Below, one piece after another: positions 16,820 through 23,446 of a stretch of DNA of 42,841 nt; positions within the stretch are counted from its first letter, which is position 1; each line of letters begins with the position of its first letter. Origin of the DNA: an uncultured Solibacteraceae bacterium (lineage in GTDB: Bacteria > Acidobacteriota > Terriglobia > Bryobacterales > Bryobacteraceae); contig CAZKVF010000035.1 in the NCBI GenBank assembly GCA_964556085.1, positions 1-42,841 of the forward strand, read 5' to 3'. The translations under genes and the position numbers were made by a program. Below the pieces are notes generated by a model. That model saw only the letters and a list, made by a program, of their open reading frames with translations. It was not told where the DNA came from and searched no databases.

Positions 16820-17557
16820 ATGAAACGACAGAGGTGCAAGTGGATGCCGCTGTTTCTTGCGGCAACGATTGTCGCAATGTTTGCAAACCAAGCCGCCTTT
16901 GGGGAGGTGCTAGAGAAGAGCAAAAAAGTGGGCTCGACGACTGTGCAATATAAGGTCGTCCTTCCCAAGGGTTACGATCCAGCCAAGGCGTATCCGGCTA
17001 TTCTCGCTTTGGGCGGTGGTCCGCAAACCATGGACGCGGTGGACCGTGTCCTCGACCGCAACCTGCGCCCCGAAGCGGAGAAGCGTGGATACATCGTGGT
17101 GGCGCCGGCGGCGCCCGACGGTGACCTGTTCTTCGAAGGTGGAGAACGCATTTTCCCCGAGTTCCTCAAGGCGATCCTGGCGGATTACCGGATCCAGGAA
17201 AACAAGTTTCATATCGCCGGGCCATCCAACGGGGGGATCGCCGCATTTCACGTGGCGGCCTTGCATCCTGAGTACTTTCTTTCGGTAACTGCCTTCCCCG
17301 GATACATGTGGGAACCCAGCGCGGCCAAGTTGCAGGCGATTTCGAAGATGTGCGTCTTCATGTATGTGGGCGAGAATGACCCCTATCGTTGGCACTCCGA
17401 GATGAAGAAGGAAGCCGACTTTCTACACTCCAAAGGGACAGTCGCCCGCTATACCGTCGAGAAAGGTCAGCCGCACCGGATGGAAACTCTGATGGACGAC
17501 CATGCCGGACGGTTGTTCGACGGATTCGAGGAGACTAAGAAGGGCTGCACGCAATAG
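16820..17557 (+). CDS. Exported alpha/beta-fold esterase (carboxylesterase / PHB-depolymerase-like)
   Basis: Signal peptide MKRQRCKWMPLFLAATIVAMFANQAAFG. GxSxG in FHIAGPSNGG. GGAG precedes ATG 16820. The upstream 91 codons of the ORF overlap the preceding gene and are rejected. Confidence 0.75.
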   Translation: MKRQRCKWMPLFLAATIVAMFANQAAFGEVLEKSKKVGSTTVQYKVVLPKGYDPAKAYPAILALGGGPQTMDAVDRVLDRNLRPEAEKRGYIVVAPAAPDGDLFFEGGERIFPEFLKAILADYRIQENKFHIAGPSNGGIAAFHVAALHPEYFLSVTAFPGYMWEPSAAKLQAISKMCVFMYVGENDPYRWHSEMKKEADFLHSKGTVARYTVEKGQPHRMETLMDDHAGRLFDGFEETKKGCTQ

Positions 17558-17668
17558 AACGGGCTGCTTCACGGCAGCGCCGGTTCCGTAACCCCATTTG
17601 TGGGGAAATGACCAAGGCTTAGTTCGCGACCACGCATCTAACATAGCGGGGAGGCGTACTGCCGGCGG

Positions 17669-17699
17669 TTGGAACCCCCTGCAAGCGCATTTATATAAT
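17669..17699 (+). promoter_or_regulatory. Candidate sigma-70-type promoter (TTGGAA-N17-TATATA / TATAAT)
   Basis: TTGGAA at 17669-17674 and tatataat at 17692-17699. This is the only AT-rich hexamer pair in the 230-nt gap upstream of the low-complexity protein gene. Confidence 0.3.
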
Positions 17700-17748
17700 A
17701 ACCTCCCTGACGCCGAGCGGGGCGGATCCAAGCGCGCATGAGCAGCTA

Positions 17749-17783
17749 ACCTCCCCATGCAGCACCAGGCTGCGATTGGAGGT
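17749..17783 (+). promoter_or_regulatory. Leader hairpin pairing an anti-SD (ACCTCC) with the Shine-Dalgarno GGAGGT
   Basis: 17749-17754 ACCTCC pairs with 17778-17783 GGAGGT. An apical 5-bp stem GCAGC/GCTGC (17759-17763 / 17769-17773) has loop accag. The ATG is at 17788. Confidence 0.4.
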
Positions 17784-17787
17784 AACG

Positions 17788-18585
17788 ATGTTGCGAAGAT
17801 GTGCTGAGTTGCTCCTCCTAGGTTGCCTGCTGGCGATACCGGCAGTGGCTCAGCGTGGTGGTCACGGTGGTGGCGGTGGTTTCCATGGCGGTGGCGGAGG
17901 CTTCCGTGGGGGGATGGGGATGGGCGGATTCCGCGGCGGCGGCGGTTTTGGGGGCTTTCGCGGCGGCGGTTTTGGCGGCGGCTTTCGCGGCGGCGCATTT
18001 GGCGGCGGCTTTCGCGGAGGCTTTCGCCCCGGTTTTGGCTTCCGACCCGGTTTTGGTTTCCGTGGCGGATTCGGCCGCGGCTGGTGGGGCCCAGGCTGGG
18101 GATGGGGTTGGGGATGGCCCTGGTACGCCGGCGGGTGGGGATGGGGATGGGGTTATCCGGATTCTGGATACGCCTCCTATCCTAACTGGGGTTATTCGTA
18201 CCCAGACGCTTACTCATACCCCTACGTAGACTCTTCCTCTTACCCTTATAACTACACTTATTCCTATCCAAGCGATTCCTCCGGGTATGCTTCCAGCGGA
18301 TATGCTTCCAGTGGGTATGCTGCCAGATCTGCTTACAGTGAACCTGCTTACAGCGCACCAGTCCTGGCTGGCTGTGTGCAACCTAGTGGAAGACCGTTTT
18401 TTCTGATCAAGTTGACATATAAGAACGACGTTTTTTTAGCTCGGGATTACTGGTATACGCCAGGAACTCTCAACTTCATCACGACGCAAGCCGCCTTAAA
18501 CAAAACGCCGGTTAACACCATCGATCGCGCCGCCACGATGCGACTTAACTACGGTTGTGGGGTGAATTTCCTGTTACCCAACTGA
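17788..18585 (+). CDS. Secreted low-complexity protein: signal peptide, G/R/F block, Trp-Gly block, Tyr/Ser/Pro block, 74-aa C-terminal domain
   Basis: GGAGG lies 5 nt upstream of ATG 17788. Signal MLRRCAELLLLGCLLAIPAVAQ. The open frame is kept through three compositionally different repeat blocks and ends in a normal-complexity tail with two Cys. Confidence 0.7.
   Translation: MLRRCAELLLLGCLLAIPAVAQRGGHGGGGGFHGGGGGFRGGMGMGGFRGGGGFGGFRGGGFGGGFRGGAFGGGFRGGFRPGFGFRPGFGFRGGFGRGWWGPGWGWGWGWPWYAGGWGWGWGYPDSGYASYPNWGYSYPDAYSYPYVDSSSYPYNYTYSYPSDSSGYASSGYASSGYAARSAYSEPAYSAPVLAGCVQPSGRPFFLIKLTYKNDVFLARDYWYTPGTLNFITTQAALNKTPVNTIDRAATMRLNYGCGVNFLLPN
17938..18063 (+). repeat. In-frame tandem repeats (24/27/27-nt GGCGGCGGTTTTGGCGGCGGCTTTCGC units, then 2 x 18 nt CCCGGTTTTGGYTTCCGW)
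   Basis: Units at 17938-17961, 17962-17988 and 17989-18015, then 18028-18045 and 18046-18063. All unit lengths are multiples of 3. Confidence 0.9.
18283..18327 (+). repeat. 3 x 15-nt in-frame tandem repeat (GGRTATGCTKCCAGN; GYASS units)
   Basis: gggtatgcttccagc / ggatatgcttccagt / gggtatgctgccaga. Confidence 0.9.
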
Positions 18586-18781
18586 ACTAGTAACGGGACG
18601 CTGATTTATCAATTCGGGACTGACAAGCCGTTGTAACCTGTGGCCGGTGCGACGGAGACCATCCCTCATCGCGGGTGCGTGAAGCCGCACTGCTTCCACA
18701 GTCTCTCCTAAACCCACATACCGTACGCGGGCCGGATGGGCGGCGGGAAACCGAGTTGATGCGCCAACACACAGACCTTGC

Positions 18782-18855
18782 CCGCGATGATGGGCGTTGT
18801 GCGAAACATGTATGCCGCCAGGCCAGAGGGCCATGGTTTCGCCCATCCATCGCGG
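18782..18855. other. Long imperfect hairpin inside a 487-nt ORF-poor gap
   Basis: 18782-18796 pairs with 18840-18855 (15 bp, one bulged C at 18848). An inner aaac/gttt + atg/cat stem and an apical GGCC-agag-GGCC follow. Confidence 0.5.
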
Positions 18856-19072
18856 CGACAGCTTTCCATTCGGCTGCCAGGCTGGGCCGCATCCCGAGGG
18901 CAACGAAAGCCTGCGGCCGGAACATCGGTTCTTTCCCGTAGCCCCAAGCCTACCATCCCGTCCAGCGGCACAATCAAGTACCATCGAAAGACGGCGCCAC
19001 GAGGCTTGTCGCCGTGTAACTTTTGGCAGGCGGAACGCCTGCCCCACCAAGTCCGTGGAGAGGGGGATTCAA

Positions 19073-20317
19073 ATGTCAATGATATGGAAGACTGGCCGGT
19101 GTTGGGCAGCAGTAGCGTGGCTGACTGTTTTGTTCGCAAACGGATCCATGCCTGCGGCGGCCCAGACCGCGAACTCGACGATCACGATTACGTTGACGGG
19201 ACAGGCAATGATCCGATCGGACATTCGCGAGACCGCACCGGCAGCCGTGCCGGTAATCAAGGGACTGCTGAGGGGCGACGTTGTTTTTACGAATTTCGAG
19301 GCAGCGGTGGCCGAGAAGGGTGAAACGGTTCAGGAGGGCAGGGGCTTTCTCACTCCCCCCGACGCACTCGATGCGCTGAAGAGTTTCGGCTTTAACCTGC
19401 TGGCGCTATCGGATAACCATGCATTCGACTTGAAAACCACGGGAATTCAGAATACGATCCGGGAAGCGGATAGCCGCAAGATCGTTCATGCCGGGACTGG
19501 AAAGAACCTGGCTGAAGCCGCGGCCCCGGCCTATCTGCAAACTCCGAAGGGGAAGGTCGCTCTGATCGCAAGCGCGTCCGGGCTGATTGCTCCGGGCGGA
19601 AGCGCCACCGCCGACCGGCCCGGCGTGAATGAACTGCGTGTCGAAGCCGGCGACAAAGAGAATGAGGCCACTACCGACCTGCCGGGCGCACCTCCAAACA
19701 GCCCGAATCCGGAGGATTCCCAACGCATTCTACAGAGCATTCGCGATGCGCGCAGACAGGCGGACGTGGTGATCGTTTATCAACATAACCATGTTTTCAG
19801 CAACCACTCGTTCGCGACTATTTTCACGGAAGGCATGCAGGAGCGGCTCGCCCCGAATGACTGGCTCAAGAAGTGGACGCATGCGGAGGTGGACGCGGGG
19901 GCGGATATCGTGGTGATGCATGGCGCGCCTCTATTGCACGGGGTCGAGATCTATCACGGAAAGGCGATCTTTTACGATTTGGGCAACTTCATTTACAACC
20001 TGCCGCCGACCATCGCATACATCCACGAACCGATGAACTGGGAGAGCGCCGTGGCCTACGTTGAATTTCAGGGGAAGAACCTGCAGTCGATCTCGCTGCG
20101 GCCGGTCGTCATGAACTACGTGGGCGAGGGCCAGCCCGACATGCACAACGACTACGCCGACAACCAGTTTCTCCATACGCGGGGCCTGCCATCGCCGGCT
20201 ACGGGAGCGCGAGCGGGTTACATATTGGAGCGTCTGGCGGAATTTTCGAAGCCTTTCGGCACGAAACTGGAGATAAAGGGTGAAGTAGGGGAGATCAAAC
20301 TGAAGAGCGGAAGTTAG
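19073..20317 (+). CDS. Exported CapA-family (PGA_cap metallophosphatase-like) protein
   Basis: Signal MSMIWKTGRCWAAVAWLTVLFANGSMPAAAQ. LSDNHAFD, VIVYQHNH and VVMHGAPLLHGVEIY motifs. GAGAGGGGG lies upstream of ATG 19073. The 92 upstream codons of the ORF are rejected. Confidence 0.8.
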   Translation: MSMIWKTGRCWAAVAWLTVLFANGSMPAAAQTANSTITITLTGQAMIRSDIRETAPAAVPVIKGLLRGDVVFTNFEAAVAEKGETVQEGRGFLTPPDALDALKSFGFNLLALSDNHAFDLKTTGIQNTIREADSRKIVHAGTGKNLAEAAAPAYLQTPKGKVALIASASGLIAPGGSATADRPGVNELRVEAGDKENEATTDLPGAPPNSPNPEDSQRILQSIRDARRQADVVIVYQHNHVFSNHSFATIFTEGMQERLAPNDWLKKWTHAEVDAGADIVVMHGAPLLHGVEIYHGKAIFYDLGNFIYNLPPTIAYIHEPMNWESAVAYVEFQGKNLQSISLRPVVMNYVGEGQPDMHNDYADNQFLHTRGLPSPATGARAGYILERLAEFSKPFGTKLEIKGEVGEIKLKSGS

Positions 20318-20325
20318 GTACCTAA

Positions 20326-20350
20326 CGCCGGTGACAAGATCACCGACGCC
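20326..20350. repeat. Copy of palindromic repeat family (cgccGGtGACAAGATCaCCgaCGCCAC)
   Basis: 6-bp stem cggtga/tcaccg with loop caaga, 9 nt after the TAG at 20315-20317. A second, split copy (aagatcgccg ... gccggcgccac) with its own hairpin follows at 20348-20389. Confidence 0.8.
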
Positions 20351-20410
20351 ACGAAAGATCGCCGCGCGGCGAAAGTGGCCGGCGCCACCCAACAGTGGCG
20401 GCGCTACCCG

Positions 20411-21763
20411 CTACCCTTTTTGGTCCACGATGAAGGTGGGGGCCAGGCCGGCCGCAGAAGAGAAGCCGCTTTTGCCGCTGGAAATCCAACTGGTGCAGCC
20501 CTGGACTTTGCCCAGGTAGGCGTGCGGGTGCACGTCCACCTGCATTTCGCGCAGCTCCAGCTGGCCGAAGGTCATCAGCGGGAAAACCGAAAGGACCGGG
20601 TCCACGCGCTCCTGCACGACATACGGCGCACGCATGGCCTGTTTGAGGGCGCGCTCCCAGCCGGCATCATCCATCTCCCAGCCGCGATAGGTATGCAGGT
20701 CGCTCGAATCGTCGTTGGGTTTCAGAGCCAGGCGGTCGCGGTGCTGCGCGATGAACTCAGGCAGGTCGATGGACTGGTCCTCGTAATTGGTCTTGGTGGC
20801 GGCGACCAGGCGAGTCCAGGGGACGTGCTCGCGGATGGCCTTGCGCTCGGGTGCGGGGAACTTAGCGACCAGGGTATCGTCGGTAAGCAGCCCGAACATG
20901 GCTTTCTTGTGAGCCAGCTCGGCGCGGAAGCTGTTGATCATGCACACGGCCCGGTCGCGGTACGCCTGAACCAGGGGATGATTCAGGTCGAAGCGCATGA
21001 GAAACTCCTGCACGCCCAAGCGGCGGTATACCAGGTCGATGGTGAACTTCTCCTTGCGCAGTACGCGGTTGCGATATTCGAGTTGCTCCGGGGAAACGAT
21101 TTCCACGGCGTAGCCTTCTTCGCGGAAATAATCGCGAAAAAGCTCGTATTCACTGCGGCCGGAGTGATACGGCGGACGGAACTCGACGATGGCGATATTG
21201 GGTTTCTTGATACCGCCGAACTGCTTGTAAGCCTTGAGGAGGGCCTGCAACAGGTGCTTCCGCCCACCGGTGCGTGTGAACGAATACCGCTTTCGCATTT
21301 CGCGCATGGGCGGCACATCCCAGAAGAGGTCGGTCAAGGCGTCGGCGTATGCCGCGCCTCCGGGAGAGTCCGCATTATACTGCACGAAATGCAAGTGGCC
21401 ATTGCGCAGGTGGGAATCGAAGCGCGCGGTCACTTCGAGCGACTCGTAGCCGGGATCAATGGTAGCCAGCATTTTTTCGGCGGGCAGCAACTCAAGACGC
21501 GCCAGCAATACGGGATTGGCGAGCACCATCTGCTCCATGCGATCGATGGCGCCGATGAGCGCTTCGCTCGTTCTTGCGAGACTTTCGTACTGACGCCTGG
21601 AAATAAAGCTGGGCCGCAGGAAGGGGCAGATGAGCCGCCCACCCGCAGATAGGCCCCGTTCCTCCATGGAAGACTGCAGCTCGTCGACCCACGAGAGGTC
21701 TCGCTGCGCCCCATTTTCCAGTAGCCTGTTGTATCGGGAAACCGCGTCGTCCAAATAGGACAT
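20411..21763 (-). CDS. ATP-grasp-like ligase (circularly permuted type-2 / glutathionylspermidine-synthase-like)
   Basis: ~450 aa. FVQYNADSPGG, IAIVEF, YVVQERV and a C-terminal region typical of this family as I recall it. Start taken at MSYLDD (ATG 21763). Confidence 0.6.
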   Translation of the reverse strand: MSYLDDAVSRYNRLLENGAQRDLSWVDELQSSMEERGLSAGGRLICPFLRPSFISRRQYESLARTSEALIGAIDRMEQMVLANPVLLARLELLPAEKMLATIDPGYESLEVTARFDSHLRNGHLHFVQYNADSPGGAAYADALTDLFWDVPPMREMRKRYSFTRTGGRKHLLQALLKAYKQFGGIKKPNIAIVEFRPPYHSGRSEYELFRDYFREEGYAVEIVSPEQLEYRNRVLRKEKFTIDLVYRRLGVQEFLMRFDLNHPLVQAYRDRAVCMINSFRAELAHKKAMFGLLTDDTLVAKFPAPERKAIREHVPWTRLVAATKTNYEDQSIDLPEFIAQHRDRLALKPNDDSSDLHTYRGWEMDDAGWERALKQAMRAPYVVQERVDPVLSVFPLMTFGQLELREMQVDVHPHAYLGKVQGCTSWISSGKSGFSSAAGLAPTFIVDQKG

Positions 21764-21784
21764 TCTGGCTTGCGAACCTGTTCT

Positions 21785-21812
21785 AGGATAGAGTATCCCA
21801 CACAAGTGTCAA
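21785..21812 (-). promoter_or_regulatory. Candidate promoter TTGACA-N16-TATCCT for the ATP-grasp gene
   Basis: The reverse strand reads ttgacacttgtgtgggatactctatcct and ends 21 nt before ATG 21763. It adjoins an unusually AT-rich stretch (21830-21900). Confidence 0.3.
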
Positions 21813-21900
21813 AAGCGGTAGCAACGGAATTGTGATTTTGGGGCTAATCAACAGAAATTAAAGTACTTAATGTATCGTTAGCCAGAAGATACACAGTACA

Positions 21901-23349
21901 TTATCGGATGCGCCAGGAGTGTAGTTCGGCATGCGCAGCCGCAAGAGCCCCGCGTCTGGCCTCCAGCCAATCCGATAACTCCGTCTGAATTTGCGTTGCG
22001 CGGATAATTTCGGGTTCGATGGCGGATCGTGCAGGTCCGCCAGGAATGGCGCGGCGGGCTACAAAACTCGCAGGGTCGAGCGCAGCGAGAAGCGTTTCGC
22101 GGGACGCGATTCCAGGCGCGAGGCGCAGCAGATCGCTAGCGATTCGCCCCGGAGCGTCGTCGTCCGGGTCGGCCTGCACCGCTTGCGAGACCAGGTGATG
22201 GGCCTCGCGAAAGCTGACGCCGGTTTCGCGGACCAGTGTATCGGCTAATTCGGTTGCGGTCAGGAAATGCGCGGCCGCTTGCCGGGCCATAACCGCCGTA
22301 TCGAAACAGGCGTGTTCCATAGCAGCCGCCACCAGGCGCAGCGCACGGGAGGCGTTGTGGAACATAGTGAAGACGAGCGGCAGAAGATCGTCCTCAGCAT
22401 CGACGATATCGCCGAAGGGCGTGTTGTGGAGAGCCGTCATCACCGCTTGAGCCTCGCCGGCGGAGCGGCTGGCCAAGATGCGCGCGTGCTCGAGCGCAAC
22501 GGGATTTCTTTTTTGCGGCATGATGCTGCTGCCCTGAACGAAGCCATCGGGCAGGCGCAGGAAGCCGAACTCCTGCATCCCCCAGAGCAGGAGGTCTTGT
22601 GTGAACCTGCCGAGATTGATCATGGCGGTGGCGACCGCGCCGGCGCTTTCGAGCAGGTAATCGACGGCGGCGATGGCGCCATAGGAGTTGAGTTGCAGAT
22701 CGTCGAAGCCCAGCAGATGCGCGGTGCGGCCGCGGTCGATGGGGAAGCCCGTGGTGGTGATAGCACAGGCCCCGAGCGGACATCGATTGACGGTTTTAAA
22801 GGCCGCCTGAAGGCGGTGCGCGTCGCGCTCCAGCACTTCCACATCGGCCATCAGATAGTGCGCCAGGGTGGTCGGCTGTGCCGGCTGGGTGTGGGTGTGG
22901 GCGGGTAGCAGCGTTTCGATGTGATTGGCTGCGAGACCAAGCAGCCCGCGGCGCAAGGCGACGACTTGCTCGATCACTTCGAGGATTTCGCGCCGTGTTT
23001 CGATGCGGTAGAGCGTAATGTGGATATCGTTGCGACTGCGCGCGGTGTGGAGACGTCCGGCTACATCGGGATCGCACCGAGTAGCGATTTGCTGCTCCAG
23101 GTAAAAAAAGGCGTCTTCGTGTGAGCCATCGAAGCGGGCAGCGCGGAGCTCTTCGAGGTCCAAGCTGTTCAAGGCAGCAAGCAGGGCGCGCGCATCGGCG
23201 GTTTCGAGGATGCCCTGTTCCGCGAGCATCGCCAGGTGCGCGCGATGGATCTCGAGAAGCGCCCCGGTGAAGGAGCGGTGAAAATCCGCGAAATTGACCG
23301 CGAGTACGGTTTCGGCGTAGACCGGGTCGGGGAATTGGGAATTAGAAAT
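21901..23349 (-). CDS. Argininosuccinate lyase family (fumarate-lyase superfamily) protein; proposed ATT start
   Basis: GSSIMPQKRNP signature, HTARSRND, THTQPAQP. The first ATG (23229) falls inside the conserved N-terminal helix region (..LLEIHRAHLAMLAEQGIL). The frame is open up to the TAG at 23364-23362. AGGAG lies 9 nt upstream of ATT 23349. Confidence 0.75.
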   Translation of the reverse strand: MSNSQFPDPVYAETVLAVNFADFHRSFTGALLEIHRAHLAMLAEQGILETADARALLAALNSLDLEELRAARFDGSHEDAFFYLEQQIATRCDPDVAGRLHTARSRNDIHITLYRIETRREILEVIEQVVALRRGLLGLAANHIETLLPAHTHTQPAQPTTLAHYLMADVEVLERDAHRLQAAFKTVNRCPLGACAITTTGFPIDRGRTAHLLGFDDLQLNSYGAIAAVDYLLESAGAVATAMINLGRFTQDLLLWGMQEFGFLRLPDGFVQGSSIMPQKRNPVALEHARILASRSAGEAQAVMTALHNTPFGDIVDAEDDLLPLVFTMFHNASRALRLVAAAMEHACFDTAVMARQAAAHFLTATELADTLVRETGVSFREAHHLVSQAVQADPDDDAPGRIASDLLRLAPGIASRETLLAALDPASFVARRAIPGGPARSAIEPEIIRATQIQTELSDWLEARRGALAAAHAELHSWRIR

Positions 23350-23446
23350 GGAAGCGCACTCCTATATTGGGATTTTACAGGCATACTAGTGCGGAAAAAT
23401 GAAATGACAGGCCGGGAGACCTGTCTTACCGGTAAAATTTCAGTCT

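Noticed and set aside
17423-17998. 191-aa minus-strand ORF (Arg/Pro/His-rich), plus + strand alternate-frame ORFs 17823-18185 and 17855-18229
   Set aside because: They are by-products of the GGN-rich repeats in the low-complexity gene. They lack an SD and a signal peptide, whereas the chosen frame has both plus a normal-complexity tail.
17938-18327. Tandem repeats considered as a possible CRISPR or other non-coding array
   Set aside because: The units are contiguous with no spacers, their lengths are multiples of 3, and they lie inside a continuous ORF. No cas genes are present.
18885-18918. Resemblance of GGGCAACGAAAGCCTGCGGCC to the c-di-GMP-I (GEMM) riboswitch GACGCAAAGCC.CCGGCC segment
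   Set aside because: Only one short half-motif matches. The partner GGCAAACC/GNRA-receptor half and the two-stem architecture are not recognisable. An Infernal scan is needed before any claim.
19073-20317. Poly-gamma-glutamate synthesis locus
   Set aside because: Only a CapA-family gene is present. No CapB or CapC-like genes are in the window, so no PGA pathway is claimed.
20375-21652. 425-aa + strand ORF
   Set aside because: It is antisense to the ATP-grasp-like gene and has no motifs, so it is a GC-frame artefact.
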